The translations under genes and the position numbers were made by a program. The notes under the pieces were generated by a model. That model had not been told where the DNA came from and searched no databases. It saw only the letters and a program-made list of their open reading frames with translations. From contig NZ_QVMT01000014.1 of assembly GCF_003418935.1 (NCBI RefSeq), positions 27,143-91,142 of the forward strand: a DNA stretch of 64,000 bases, read 5' to 3'. This document shows, one piece after another, positions 48,361 to 59,644 of the stretch. The first letter of the stretch is position 1. The number at the start of each line of letters is the position of its first letter. Source of the DNA: Emticicia sp. C21. GTDB lineage: Bacteria; Bacteroidota; Bacteroidia; Cytophagales; Spirosomataceae.

Positions 48361-48798
48361 ATGAAAGAATTTATTGTAAAAAGAAAAACCGTATTAAAGG
48401 CAACTCCTGCCGAAGTATGGGATGCTTTGACTAATCCAGAGCAAACCAGAAAATACTTTTTTCATTGCAAGGTCTTTTCTGATTGGGAAGTAGGTAGTAC
48501 TATCAGGTTTGTAGGGCGGATATTTCTGATTAAGAAAATAGAAATGACGGGAACGATATTAGAACTCATCCCACAAAAATTGCTGAAATACAGTTTAAAT
48601 AATGCCAACGCCAAAGATGGTACCTCAAGTTTTTCGATAGTAACTGACTCACTCAGCTATGAAGATGGCAAAACAACCTTAACTATTACTGACGATGTTG
48701 GTCAGGGTACAAGGGCAGAAGAAAGATTTAAAAAATCACAAAAAGGGTGGACAAAAATTATTAAAGGTCTGAGAGCACTACTTCATAAAAAGCAATAA
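48361..48798 (+). CDS. SRPBCC-family (AHSA1/polyketide-cyclase-like) protein
   Basis: 145 aa; the N-terminus KATPAEVWDALTNPEQTRKYFF is typical of SRPBCC/Aha1-like proteins. Confidence 0.7.
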   Translation: MKEFIVKRKTVLKATPAEVWDALTNPEQTRKYFFHCKVFSDWEVGSTIRFVGRIFLIKKIEMTGTILELIPQKLLKYSLNNANAKDGTSSFSIVTDSLSYEDGKTTLTITDDVGQGTRAEERFKKSQKGWTKIIKGLRALLHKKQ

Positions 48799-48885
48799 AA
48801 TCAACAAACAGCAGGAGTGTTTTCCAAAAAATAATTCGTTTATTGGAACAATTTCAATCCTCAAACAACCTATTCCAACCTATCT

Positions 48886-50016
48886 ATGAAAAAAGTCATT
48901 TTTCTGTTATGCTTCGTACAATGGGCTTATGCACAGCAAGGGCCTTTGAAATTCCGCCGTCAGAATATATCCTCAGAGTCTTTCGAGACTGCAGGGGTTT
49001 TTGATGTAGATAATGACGGAACTCTTGATATTGTTTCCGGCTCTTTCTGGTACAAAGGTCCGGCTTTTCTTGACCGTTTTTTTATTGCCGAAGCCAAACG
49101 TCATGGAGAATACTGGGACGACTTTTCTACCCTTCCTATGGACGTAAATGGCGATGGCAAAATGGATTTTATCTCTGGTGGCTGGTGGGGAAATAATGTA
49201 CGTTGGTACGAAAATCCGGGAAATACCAATGTATGGAAAGAGCATATCGTAGGTGAAGGTTTAAGAAATGTAGAGGGCATAAGGCTATGTGATGTAGACG
49301 GCGATGGAGAAGAGGAAGTGGTGCCGAATAATCTGGGTTATCCGCTGGTTTATTTCAAAGCAAAGAAAGATGCCTTAGGTAAAAAGACAGGGGAGTTTGA
49401 TAAAGTTCAGGTCTTTGAAAAGCACGGTCATGGCTTGGGCTTTGGCGATGTGAATGGTGATGGACGCGGCGATTTTGTTATCTCAAACGGCTGGCTGGAA
49501 GCCCCTGTGGATAGAAAAAACGGCAAATGGACGATGCACGAGGAATTTAAACTGGGTGATATGAGTCTGCCTGTAATTGTAGCAGATGTCAATAAAGACG
49601 GAAAGAGTGATTTAATTGTAGGTCAGGGGCATGGCTATGGTCTTGACTGGTATGAACAACAAGCCAACGGCGCATGGAAAAAACACCCGATTGATCCTTT
49701 TAATTCTCAATTTCACGAACTCAAATGGGTTGATATAGATGGAGACCAACAACCGGAACTGATTACAGGCAAAAGATACCGCGCCCACGATAGCAAAGAC
49801 CCGGGCGGCAAAGATGACATTGGATTATACTATTATCAATGGAATGGAGAGTCATTTAGCAAACAGGTAATAGCGTTTGGACCGTTGGGTATTGGCAAAG
49901 GAACAGGTAATTATTTCTCGATAGCTGATGTAGATAAATCCGGTACGCCTGATATTATTGTGGGGGGGAAAGACGGTCTGACGGTCTTTTATAATGAAGG
50001 AAGGGTTAAGTACTAG
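48886..50016 (+). CDS. FG-GAP/VCBS repeat secreted protein
   Basis: Signal peptide plus repeated D.D.DG..D motifs (DVDNDGTLDIV, DVNGDGKMDFI, DVDGDGEEEVV, DVNGDGRGDFV). Confidence 0.7.
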   Translation: MKKVIFLLCFVQWAYAQQGPLKFRRQNISSESFETAGVFDVDNDGTLDIVSGSFWYKGPAFLDRFFIAEAKRHGEYWDDFSTLPMDVNGDGKMDFISGGWWGNNVRWYENPGNTNVWKEHIVGEGLRNVEGIRLCDVDGDGEEEVVPNNLGYPLVYFKAKKDALGKKTGEFDKVQVFEKHGHGLGFGDVNGDGRGDFVISNGWLEAPVDRKNGKWTMHEEFKLGDMSLPVIVADVNKDGKSDLIVGQGHGYGLDWYEQQANGAWKKHPIDPFNSQFHELKWVDIDGDQQPELITGKRYRAHDSKDPGGKDDIGLYYYQWNGESFSKQVIAFGPLGIGKGTGNYFSIADVDKSGTPDIIVGGKDGLTVFYNEGRVKY

Positions 50017-50049
50017 TACTTAATCCTTCCTTTTGGTAGTAATGCTGAA

Positions 50050-50424
50050 TCATGGTTCAAAGATTAGTCTTTCATCTTTTTCAACTACCGGAATTTCTTT
50101 TACGAAATCATCATAGCCCTCTTCGTTTTCGTGGGTACTATAAGCACCATAGGCATCTATGGTATAACCTATCTGACCGTTGTTAGACTCAATGATATAC
50201 AGAATAGCTGATTCTGATGGACTAGACTCACCCTCAAAACGATAAGTTTTGATGATTTTAAGGTCTTCTGGTGCAAAATACTCTTCAGCATCAGCGAGAT
50301 GAAAACCTTTATCAGTCCAACGGAATTCTTTATCAACTCCTTTTTTTCTTAGTTTCTCCAGGATGGTGACCATGGTGGTCATCTCAGTACTTTTGTCGGA
50401 ATATTCTTTTTTCGGTGTTTCCAT
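50050..50424 (-). CDS. hypothetical protein
   Basis: 124-aa acidic ORF with no motif. Confidence 0.4.
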   Translation of the reverse strand: METPKKEYSDKSTEMTTMVTILEKLRKKGVDKEFRWTDKGFHLADAEEYFAPEDLKIIKTYRFEGESSPSESAILYIIESNNGQIGYTIDAYGAYSTHENEEGYDDFVKEIPVVEKDERLIFEP

Positions 50425-50622
50425 AGCTTTAACGTTTAATACTTTATCATATACAATTATTATTCCCTATACGGACGCTTAAAAAATGGCTTTATACGCA
50501 CTCAAATTGTGAGATAAAATACACATCCAGCCTTGAAATGTAGAAAATTTTGCCAAACCGAACCAAATAGTTTTTGGAAGTGTATTTTATTCAGACAGGT
50601 ATCTGTCTATCGAACATTTTGA

Positions 50623-51510
50623 TTGGATTCATTCATGCGTCTCACTTATCTGAAACTGGTTGCTACGGTATTTTTCTGGGGTTCTAATTTTGCAGCCGGA
50701 AAAATAGCTGTACAATCATTCGGGCCATATTCCACCGCCTTTCTTCGATTTACTGTTGGGGCATCCTTATTGATGCTCATGCTCTATAAACAAGAAGGAA
50801 AACTACCAAAAACCAACGCAACCCAATGGAAGTGGGCGGCTATATCTGGTATACTGGGTGTTGTGTTATATAATATCAGTTTTTTTATCGGTATTCAATA
50901 TATGCCTACGGTCAGGGCTTCACTCATTGTTGCCTTTTCGCCCATTACGATTACTTTAGGAAGCGCGATTTTCTTTGGCGAAAAAGTAACGCTGCTCAAA
51001 TGGCTGGGCATTCTTATATCCATTGCAGGGGCAATGTTAGTAATTGTCAGAGGCGATTTCGGTAATCTATTAGCGCAAAGCACCTGGGGAGTAGGAGAGT
51101 GGTTTATTCTGGGAGCAGTTATGGCATGGACTGCATATACCTTAACTGCCAAATCGGCTTTAAAAGCAATGCCCGCCTTGACATTAAGTGCTTTCTCGGC
51201 TTTTATTGGTTGTCTATTGTTATTTGTTCCCGCCTGGCAGCATGGTCTTTTCGAGCGTATGGCTTCTGCACCATGGTCTTCTTATGTAGCCGTTATTTAT
51301 ATGGGAGCAGCTGCGACTGCACTCGGTTTCATCTGGTATTATGATGCCGTTCGACTGATTGGAGTTACCAAATCGGCTATTATTGGGAACCTTACCCCTG
51401 TTTTTGCCGTGCTGATTGCCATAAGCTTTTTGGGAGAAAAGCTCACTATCCCTACTATTATTGGCGGAATTCTGGTACTTTTGGGTATATTGCTTACAAG
51501 CCGGAAATAA
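50623..51510 (+). CDS. DMT (EamA-like) family transporter
   Basis: 295 aa with about 10 TM helices and two EamA-like halves. Confidence 0.8.
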   Translation: MDSFMRLTYLKLVATVFFWGSNFAAGKIAVQSFGPYSTAFLRFTVGASLLMLMLYKQEGKLPKTNATQWKWAAISGILGVVLYNISFFIGIQYMPTVRASLIVAFSPITITLGSAIFFGEKVTLLKWLGILISIAGAMLVIVRGDFGNLLAQSTWGVGEWFILGAVMAWTAYTLTAKSALKAMPALTLSAFSAFIGCLLLFVPAWQHGLFERMASAPWSSYVAVIYMGAAATALGFIWYYDAVRLIGVTKSAIIGNLTPVFAVLIAISFLGEKLTIPTIIGGILVLLGILLTSRK

Positions 51511-51753
51511 ATTAACAGCAACAATTAAATTTATTTTAACGGATTGATCAATATCACCCATAATGGGTGTTTGCTGATAAAAATTTAAGCAATAACTTAG
51601 CACTTTAATTATACTAAACTAGATTGTTTGAAACCTATCAGTTTTTATAACTGTAAAATCCCTAATAGCTTAATTTCTCTGACAACAAGGTCAGATGGAT
51701 TTTCTTTTTCTTATTTTTTGACAAATACCCAATCAATCTTCATTTATCAGACT

Positions 51754-53940
51754 ATGTTCAGAAAACTCTTATGCCTTTATGCCTTATTGCTGGCATTAGG
51801 TACTAACGCTCAACCCGGCCGTTCTTCTAAATGGACAAAAGATGGCAACGGGTACTATTCAGCCGAACAACAACAGATTATTAAGTTCGACCTCACAACT
51901 CAGCAAGCTAATGTGATGGTGAGCAAAGATTTATTGACCCCTAAAGGAAGTACTACTCCTTTAGAAGTTAAAGATTTCAGCTTTACTGATGACCAAAAGA
52001 AATTATTGATTTTTACGAATACCCAACGTGTTTGGCGTTACGAAACCAGAGGAGATTACTGGGTATTGGATTTAAGTACTAAAGCATTGAAGAAGTTAGG
52101 AGCTTCTCTGCCTGCATCATCCCTAATGTTTGCCAAAATTTCTCCCGATGGGAAAAAAGCGGCCTATGTAAGCAAAAATAATGTATATGTCGAAGATTTG
52201 GCTATTGGTAAGCCTAAAGTATTGACTTCAACCAATGGTACAAAAAAACTTATCAACGGTACGTTTGACTGGGTGTACGAAGAAGAATTTGGTTGCAGAG
52301 ATGGATTCCGTTGGAGCCCTGATAGTAAGACGATTGCGTACTGGCAGATAGATGCCAATACCATCCGTGATTTTTATATGATTAATAATACCGATTCTAC
52401 TTATTCTTTTGTAGTACCTGTTGAATATCCTAAAGTGGGAGAATCACCATCGGCCTGTAAAGTTGGGGTTGTAGATGTAGCAACCGCAAAAACTATCTGG
52501 ATGAAAGTGCCAGGCGATAGTCGCCAGAATTATATCCCCCGCATGGAATGGGCAGGGAATTCAAACGAATTGATTTTACAGCAACTGAACCGCAAGCAGA
52601 ATCAGAGTAAATTGATGTATGCTAATGCCAAAACGGGTGCGGTTAATACTATTTATGAGGAAACAGATGATGCATGGGTGGATATTCGTTCACGTTGGAC
52701 AGATGATAATCCGGCAGGATGGGAATGGCTGAGCGGCGGTAAAGAATTTGTGTGGGTAAGCGAAAAAGATGGTTGGAGACACTTATTCCGTGTATCAAGA
52801 GACGGCAAGAGCGAGACTTTGATTACGAAAGGTAATTATGATGTCATAACTCCTGAGCAGATAGACGAAGCCAATGGCTATGTGTATTTTACAGCTTCAC
52901 CAACAAATGCTACGCAAAGAGCTTTGTATCGTACTAAATTAGACGGAACAGGTGAAGCGGAAAGAGTATCACCTGCGATTGAAGAGGGTTCACACGATTA
53001 CCAGATTTCACCAAATGGCAAGTTTGCGTATCATAGTTTTTCTAATTACTATACGCCACCAGCTACTGAATGGGTTTCATTACCTAACCACCAACCTTTG
53101 AATGAAAAAGATGATATTTCGAAGAAAATTGACCCGGCAAAAAAGAAAAATTCGAATGTAGAGTTTTTTAAAGTGACTACAGAAGATGGGGTTGAAATGG
53201 ATGGCTGGATAGCTAAACCTAAAAACTTTGACCCCTCAAAAAAATACCCGATTGTATTTTATGTCTACAGCGAGCCAGCCTCACAAACGGTGATAGATCG
53301 TTATGGAGTAGGCAGAAATGGTCTTTATGTAGGTAATATGGCAGAAGATGGCTATATCTATCTATCGCTTGATAACCGTGGTACTCCTGCACCAAAAGGA
53401 AGATCCTGGAGAAAATCAATTTATCGTAAAATCGGTTTGCTTAATACTCACGACCAGGCGATGGCGGCTAAGAAAATCTTGCAATGGCCTTATGTAGATA
53501 ATGAACGCGTGGCAGTACACGGTTGGAGTGGGGGCGGTTCGTGTACCCTAAACCTAATGTTCCAGTTTCCTGAAATATACAAAACAGGTATTTCTGTAGC
53601 AGCAGTAGCTAATCAATTAGAATACGATAATATTTATCAGGAGCGATATATGGGCTTGCCGCAGGAAAATAAAGAAGATTTCCTGAAAGGTTCGCCTATT
53701 ACTTATGCCAAGAATCTGAAAGGGAATCTACTATATATTCATGGTACTGGTGATGATAATGTGCATTATCAGAATGCAGAGCTATTGCTTAACGAATTGA
53801 TTAAACACAATCGTCAGTTCCAGTATATGCCTTATCCGAACCGTTCGCATGGTATTTATGAAGGGGAGGGAACAAGAGCGCATTTGAATACCTTGTTCAC
53901 CAATTACCTGAAAAAACATTGCCCTCCGGGCGCGAAGTAA
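51754..53940 (+). CDS. S9 family peptidase, dipeptidyl-peptidase IV-like
   Basis: Catalytic serine motif HGWSGGG plus a DPP-IV N-terminal beta-propeller region. The start was placed at the signal-peptide Met (MFRKLLCLYALLLALGTNAQ) at 51754 rather than the track start at 51628. Confidence 0.85.
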   Translation: MFRKLLCLYALLLALGTNAQPGRSSKWTKDGNGYYSAEQQQIIKFDLTTQQANVMVSKDLLTPKGSTTPLEVKDFSFTDDQKKLLIFTNTQRVWRYETRGDYWVLDLSTKALKKLGASLPASSLMFAKISPDGKKAAYVSKNNVYVEDLAIGKPKVLTSTNGTKKLINGTFDWVYEEEFGCRDGFRWSPDSKTIAYWQIDANTIRDFYMINNTDSTYSFVVPVEYPKVGESPSACKVGVVDVATAKTIWMKVPGDSRQNYIPRMEWAGNSNELILQQLNRKQNQSKLMYANAKTGAVNTIYEETDDAWVDIRSRWTDDNPAGWEWLSGGKEFVWVSEKDGWRHLFRVSRDGKSETLITKGNYDVITPEQIDEANGYVYFTASPTNATQRALYRTKLDGTGEAERVSPAIEEGSHDYQISPNGKFAYHSFSNYYTPPATEWVSLPNHQPLNEKDDISKKIDPAKKKNSNVEFFKVTTEDGVEMDGWIAKPKNFDPSKKYPIVFYVYSEPASQTVIDRYGVGRNGLYVGNMAEDGYIYLSLDNRGTPAPKGRSWRKSIYRKIGLLNTHDQAMAAKKILQWPYVDNERVAVHGWSGGGSCTLNLMFQFPEIYKTGISVAAVANQLEYDNIYQERYMGLPQENKEDFLKGSPITYAKNLKGNLLYIHGTGDDNVHYQNAELLLNELIKHNRQFQYMPYPNRSHGIYEGEGTRAHLNTLFTNYLKKHCPPGAK

Positions 53941-53991
53941 GATAAAAGAAAGATTAACGAAATCCTCTTGATTTGCTCAAGGGGATTTTGT

Positions 53992-55734
53992 TTAATATCT
54001 ATACTTTGCTCCTTGCAAATCAAAAATCAATATGTCCTGTCCATTAGCTTTTTTAAGCACAATCTTATCGCGCTCTGCCGGATTCACTCTTTGAATAATT
54101 TGAGAATCTTTTGGTAAATAGAAGTTTGTTAGCTGGGCATCAACTACCGAATATTGAGGCGTACCTTGTCCGCCCGGCATGGGGTCTTTGTAAGAACAGT
54201 AAATCACTGTATCGCCTTTGGCATACAAACTTTGAATCTTATTGGCTGATAGTATATAAGGATTTTGTTGTCGGGGTTCAGCAAAACTCATAAAGTAACG
54301 AGGTGGATTATCTTGCCAGATATTCTGGATGATTCCACCAATTAAATAGAGTTGAATAGCCAGAAGTAAGAAAAGAGCATACTTAAAATTTGATTTCATC
54401 AACCATATTTGCCTGATTAGTAAAGCTATAAGAATAATTCCAAACGCATAAGAGTAACCAATGTATCGGGGAATAATCCTGAATGTATTGCCATCTTGTA
54501 AAGAGAAAAGAATCAGAAATAAAAAAGGTAGCACAACTAATAAAAGCAGAAAGATCAACAAATGATTATCCGGCTTTTTAAAATTTCTGGCAACATAATT
54601 CAGTAGAATACCAATTAAAACAATATTGAGCGAGAGTACCAGAAATTGAAGTTTTGCCGTAGAATAGAGCAGGAGAGAGACACCTATTAATGTGCTTACC
54701 ACAACCACTTTTAATCTGTCTGATGGAATCCATCTAAAACAAGCAAATCCAACAATTGTACTGCCGATGGCTATTATTGTATTCTTCAAACCGGATAAAT
54801 GCAGATAAAGCCCTTCACTACTGATAAAAGCGGAAGAAATTACATGTTTGAGCTGTTTGAAAATATTTGGCAACGTAGCAACTGAAAGATAATCATCGGG
54901 AGAAGTTTGTGCCAGATAATTATAAACTTTTACGCTATTCTGCACATAGTCAAATAGCCATTGCCCACCCTCTGATTTTAGCCAGGCTATCACTCCTGCC
55001 ACAGGAATCAGCATAGCTAAACTCAAGCCAATCCATACTCTTAATTGTCTTATATAAATTAATACATACAAACCGTGAATTAAGAAAAGAGGAAATGTTG
55101 AGATATGACACAATTCACATGCAAGCGCTGATAACCCGTAATAAAAATAATAGATTACAGTTCTTTGTCCATTTTTCTCCCTTTTAATAATGACTAAAAA
55201 CAAATGTGTAGCTAATAGTGAAAAGAAAAATAACATGGCATAATTACGTGCTACCTGCGAGTAATTGATATAAAAAGGAGAGATAGTAGATAGAAACGCC
55301 GCTAAAAGCGCCAGTTTCTCTGATTGAAAATGTGTTTTTACAAAGACAAAAATCAATACAACTGTCAGTAAATTAAATAACAATGAAAGTATCCGAAGAT
55401 TACCATCTTCAAGCCCAAAAATCTTTGACCAGTAGTGGAGTGTGTAAGTATATAAGGAACCGTTCCCAGTATCTACACGAGCAATAGAGTCAAAAAAATC
55501 GTGAATATTTTTCTCAGACCAGAATTCCTGCGGTGTAAAATAGGGACTATTTGGTTTTCGAACAGAATTTCGTTGATTATTTCCCTCATAACTCACAAAC
55601 TGACTGACAAATAGGGAATATTTTTCATCTCCGGCAAGCCCGTGTTTACCGATATTATGGAAACGTAAAAAAAAAGCAAGCACCAGAATACTTGCTAATA
55701 GAATATAAGTAGATAATTTACTAAGGCTTGCCAT
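53992..55734 (-). CDS. PMT/ArnT-family glycosyltransferase (membrane)
   Basis: 580-aa polytopic protein. The N-terminal region (AFFLRFHNIGKHGLAGDEKY) is typical of the GT39/GT83 family. Confidence 0.6.
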   Translation of the reverse strand: MASLSKLSTYILLASILVLAFFLRFHNIGKHGLAGDEKYSLFVSQFVSYEGNNQRNSVRKPNSPYFTPQEFWSEKNIHDFFDSIARVDTGNGSLYTYTLHYWSKIFGLEDGNLRILSLLFNLLTVVLIFVFVKTHFQSEKLALLAAFLSTISPFYINYSQVARNYAMLFFFSLLATHLFLVIIKREKNGQRTVIYYFYYGLSALACELCHISTFPLFLIHGLYVLIYIRQLRVWIGLSLAMLIPVAGVIAWLKSEGGQWLFDYVQNSVKVYNYLAQTSPDDYLSVATLPNIFKQLKHVISSAFISSEGLYLHLSGLKNTIIAIGSTIVGFACFRWIPSDRLKVVVVSTLIGVSLLLYSTAKLQFLVLSLNIVLIGILLNYVARNFKKPDNHLLIFLLLLVVLPFLFLILFSLQDGNTFRIIPRYIGYSYAFGIILIALLIRQIWLMKSNFKYALFLLLAIQLYLIGGIIQNIWQDNPPRYFMSFAEPRQQNPYILSANKIQSLYAKGDTVIYCSYKDPMPGGQGTPQYSVVDAQLTNFYLPKDSQIIQRVNPAERDKIVLKKANGQDILIFDLQGAKYRY

Positions 55735-55749
55735 AAGATTTCAGGCGAA

Positions 55750-56418
55750 TCAGAGACCCGCCTCACAAATATTTTTTAAGTCCTGAATTGTTTGGGTCGG
55801 ATTCTCCGAATTAAATACAAAACTGCCTGCTACCAGCGCATCAGCACCTGCGTCTACTAATCCCCTTGCATTGGCAGTAGTTACACCGCCATCAATTTCA
55901 ATGATAGTATTTAATCCACGTTCGTCAATCATTTTTCTCAATTTTCTTACTTTTTCGTAAGTATGCTCAATGAATTTTTGCCCTCCAAAACCCGGATTTA
56001 CTGACATAATCAATACCAGATCAATATCATGAAGAATATCTTCCAAGACATTAACAGGCGTATGAGGATTAAGTGCTACACCGGCTTTACAACCTAAATC
56101 TTTTATCTGTTGCAGATTTCTATGCAAATGTGGGCAAGCTTCGTAATGGATTGTAATGATTTCAGCGCCTAATTTTCTGAATGTCTCTACATATCTTTCC
56201 GGCTGAACAATCATTAAATGAACATCTAATGGTTTTGTGGCATGGTGCTGAATGGCTTGTAATACAGGCATTCCAAACGAAATATTCGGTACAAATACAC
56301 CATCCATAATATCAATATGAAACCAATCCGCTGCCGAATTATTCAGCATTTCTGAATCTCTCTGTAAATTAGCAAAGTCAGCCGCCAGAACTGATGGGGC
56401 AATAATCGTATTTTTCAT
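55750..56418 (-). CDS. rpe: ribulose-phosphate 3-epimerase
   Basis: The motif APSVLAADFANL...HIDIMDGVFVPN is diagnostic. The start is taken at MKNTII; the track ORF extends 9 codons further upstream. Confidence 0.85.
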   Translation of the reverse strand: MKNTIIAPSVLAADFANLQRDSEMLNNSAADWFHIDIMDGVFVPNISFGMPVLQAIQHHATKPLDVHLMIVQPERYVETFRKLGAEIITIHYEACPHLHRNLQQIKDLGCKAGVALNPHTPVNVLEDILHDIDLVLIMSVNPGFGGQKFIEHTYEKVRKLRKMIDERGLNTIIEIDGGVTTANARGLVDAGADALVAGSFVFNSENPTQTIQDLKNICEAGL

Positions 56419-56584
56419 GCCGCAAAGGTAGGGGATTTTCATCAAAAAAAGCCTTAGTCAGAAAAGACTATTTGTCAGCTGTGCACAACATTTCACAGAT
56501 ATTCAATGTTTTTTATGATAAAGCGCATCATTTTTTTAATTTAGACGCTGAAAAATCCTTAATTTTGCAAAAAAACTTCATCTC

Positions 56585-57541
56585 ATGGAACAAGCATTGC
56601 TTGACGAAATACCGTCATTAGATTTAGCAGATTTTACCTCTGAAGATACTGAGCGCAAAGCTAAATTTGTACAGGAAATAGGGAAAGCCTTTAATAATAT
56701 CGGTTTTGTTGCTATCAAAAATCATGGTCTTTCAGAGGAACTGAGAGGAAAGCTCTATGAAGCTGTACAGAAATTCTTCTATCAGGCCGATGATCTAAAG
56801 AAAAAATATGAGTTTCCTGAACTAGCCGGGCAAAGAGGTTATGTAGGAAAAGGAAAAGAAACAGCTAAAGGACATAGCCGCCCAGACCTTAAAGAATTCT
56901 ATCATGTAGGGCAACCGGAAGCCGAAGAAGGAATGTATAAAAATATTTTTCCGGCAGAAGTACCAGAGTTTGAGAAATATACAACAGAAGTTTACAGGAC
57001 TTTTGAGAATACGGGAAAAACACTTCTAAGAGCTATTGCTTTATATCTGGATTTACCAGAAGATTATTTTGAGGAGAAAGTACGAGGTGGTGATAGTATT
57101 TTAAGAGCACTACATTATTTCCCGATTGAGAATCCTGATGCTTTGCCGGAGGGAGCAGTACGTGCCGCAGCGCATGGTGATATTAATCTGATTACTTTGT
57201 TAATGGGAGCCTCGGCAGAGGGGCTGGAAGTATTACGTTTAGATGGTAAGTGGATTCCGGTAACGGCATTACCAGACCAGATTATCATCAATGTAGGTGA
57301 TATGCTCGACCGCCTGACCAATCATAAACTGAAATCTACAATTCATCAGGTTGTGAACCCACCGCGTGAGAAAATGAAAACTTCTCGCTTTTCTATTCCT
57401 TTCTTTATGCACGCTCGTCCGGAAACTGACCTAACTTGTCTGGACAGCTGTATTGATGTAAACAACCCTCGCCGTTATGAAAATATGACCGCAGGAGAAT
57501 TTCTTGACGAGAGATTAAGAGAGTTGGGCTTGAAAAAATAG
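56585..57541 (+). CDS. 2OG-Fe(II) oxygenase / isopenicillin-N-synthase family protein
   Basis: 318 aa with an H.D...H facial triad region (AAHGDINLITLL...KSTIHQV). Confidence 0.75.
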   Translation: MEQALLDEIPSLDLADFTSEDTERKAKFVQEIGKAFNNIGFVAIKNHGLSEELRGKLYEAVQKFFYQADDLKKKYEFPELAGQRGYVGKGKETAKGHSRPDLKEFYHVGQPEAEEGMYKNIFPAEVPEFEKYTTEVYRTFENTGKTLLRAIALYLDLPEDYFEEKVRGGDSILRALHYFPIENPDALPEGAVRAAAHGDINLITLLMGASAEGLEVLRLDGKWIPVTALPDQIIINVGDMLDRLTNHKLKSTIHQVVNPPREKMKTSRFSIPFFMHARPETDLTCLDSCIDVNNPRRYENMTAGEFLDERLRELGLKK

Positions 57542-57636
57542 CTGTTCGTAGCCAAAAAATTGCGTGTAGCACAGAAAATCTGGTTTTTCTGTGCTATATT
57601 GAGTTTCTTTACTCACACAAAAATAATCGAGTAGAT

Positions 57637-58821
57637 TTGATGCGAAAAACCCGCCAGATTCGATACATCATTTTTTTGAAAGATGTCATGATTCTTGCAC
57701 TGACCTGCTTCGGTGGGCCGCAGGTGCATTTAACCATGTTTCTGGACAGGTTCGTAAAAAAAAGAAATTATCTGACCGAAGCCGAACTTCTTGAACTACA
57801 ATCGCTTTGCCAGATTCTACCCGGTCCTACTTCTACCCAGACTATCACTGCTTTAGGTTTTCGCTTAGGTGGTGCTAATCTTGCTTATATTACGCTTCTT
57901 ATCTGGGTACTACCAGGTGCCATTCTGATGACTTTGGCTGCTTTAGGTATTACCTATATAGAAAAGGGTCAGTTGGCTAATCTTACGCGTTTTATTAAAC
58001 CTATGGGAGTGGCTTTCATCATATTTGCGGCTTTTTCTATTGGTATGAAAGTAATTAAAACACAGGTTAGTGTTTTGTTAATGATAATTGCGGCTATTGC
58101 AGGATATTTTTTTCCGTCACCTTATATTACACCTATCTGGATTCTGTTGGGGGGGCTTGCCACTGCATTAAAGTTTGGAGAGCAGGAAAAAATGAAGAAA
58201 GAGCCAATCATAATCGAGTGGGGGAATTTCTTTTTGTGGCTAGGTGTATTGTTATCTTCAGCCGCATTAGGAGCTATTACACATTCTTTGCCTATTCGTT
58301 TATTTGAGAATTTCTATCGTAATGGCAGTCTGACCTTTGGTGGTGGGCATATCCTGAAACCGCTGCTCTATAATGAATTCGTAAAGTTTAAGCATTATTT
58401 ATCTGCCGATGAATTTCTGTCCGGTTTAGCTATTGTCGAGGTTGCTCCCGGTCCGGTTTTCTCCATATCATCTTTTGTAGGTACTTTATCTATGCGTGAT
58501 TGGGGGATAAGTGGCGAGCTTTTAGGAAGCTTTGTAGCTACTATTGGCATTTTTCTGCCCGGTACTTTTCTGATATTTTTTGTTATCCGTTTCTGGGATC
58601 AGTTGAAAAAATATCGGGGTATCAGAGCCTCTCTAGAAGGTATAAATGCCGCCAGTACTGGTTTAACAGCTGCGGCGGCATTCTCTCTCTTTCAACCTAT
58701 GTACGTGGATTTAGTATCGGTTATGACTATTGTCCTGACCTTAATTCTACTGCAGACCCGGTTTGTGCCTGTTTATTTAATTATTCTTGGTGGTTTATTT
58801 ATGGGCTGGGCAAGTGCCTGA
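57637..58821 (+). CDS. chrA: chromate transporter ChrA (two CHR domains)
   Basis: 394 aa. CHR motifs GGPQVHL...LPGPTSTQ and FGGGHILKP...APGPVFS appear in both halves. Confidence 0.8.
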   Translation: MMRKTRQIRYIIFLKDVMILALTCFGGPQVHLTMFLDRFVKKRNYLTEAELLELQSLCQILPGPTSTQTITALGFRLGGANLAYITLLIWVLPGAILMTLAALGITYIEKGQLANLTRFIKPMGVAFIIFAAFSIGMKVIKTQVSVLLMIIAAIAGYFFPSPYITPIWILLGGLATALKFGEQEKMKKEPIIIEWGNFFLWLGVLLSSAALGAITHSLPIRLFENFYRNGSLTFGGGHILKPLLYNEFVKFKHYLSADEFLSGLAIVEVAPGPVFSISSFVGTLSMRDWGISGELLGSFVATIGIFLPGTFLIFFVIRFWDQLKKYRGIRASLEGINAASTGLTAAAAFSLFQPMYVDLVSVMTIVLTLILLQTRFVPVYLIILGGLFMGWASA

Positions 58822-58858
58822 TCGTGGTTGTGAAAGCCCGAATATATTTTATGCCAAT

Positions 58859-59344
58859 TTATTTAATAGCAAAGCGCACTGTTACAGCAACATCATCGAG
58901 CCATAGCCCTTGATAACCAATCAGGTTGATAGCCGGTTTCCAGTCGAGGCTCAGATTGAGCGGTATTTCTCTGAATGTGTACTCTAATCCTAGTATACCA
59001 TCGCCGCCAATAACTGTATAAGCATTATAATTATCAAACCAGGGGTTCCCATATCTTGGTCCATCTCTCCAGAACCCTATATGTCCGCCTACGCCATAGT
59101 ACCAACGCCATCCGGCTGTTTTAAAGGCAGGTGCATGGATCTGATACAAACCTGTAATATTAACACCTTTCCAACGCGTATAAACAATACCTTCTACCGA
59201 TTTTTTCTGAGTCATATTATATTTTACACTCAATCCATACCCATAATTCAGCCTGACACCTACACCTACTTTATAGGCACTTTGGGCTGACGCTGTTAAT
59301 CCTAAAAGACTCATGAAACCCGTTAACAATAGTATTTTACGCAT
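58859..59344 (-). CDS. outer-membrane beta-barrel protein (OmpW/OprG-like small porin)
   Basis: Signal peptide, alternating amphipathic strands, and a C-terminal aromatic residue (FAIK). Confidence 0.6.
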   Translation of the reverse strand: MRKILLLTGFMSLLGLTASAQSAYKVGVGVRLNYGYGLSVKYNMTQKKSVEGIVYTRWKGVNITGLYQIHAPAFKTAGWRWYYGVGGHIGFWRDGPRYGNPWFDNYNAYTVIGGDGILGLEYTFREIPLNLSLDWKPAINLIGYQGLWLDDVAVTVRFAIK

Positions 59345-59644
59345 TATAATAGTTGGTTTGCCGAAGCGATAAGAATGATTTAAAAAAGCTTTTGTCGTAT
59401 ATAAACGTAAAAATCCTGTTCCATTTGGCGCATTGGCTTATTAAATGGCCACTTTTGTAGGAATTCTGTAAAACCATGGGGAATAAAATCTACACTGTTT
59501 GTGGATAAACCGACGTATTAATAGTGGTATGAAATTTTTATTTAAGGTTTTGGCTAACTTTGTCAGAATTATAAGAATTGATCTATATACGTTATGAACA
59601 GACTTGTACCTTTCAGTTTATTTTTTCACTAATTCCTAAGTTTT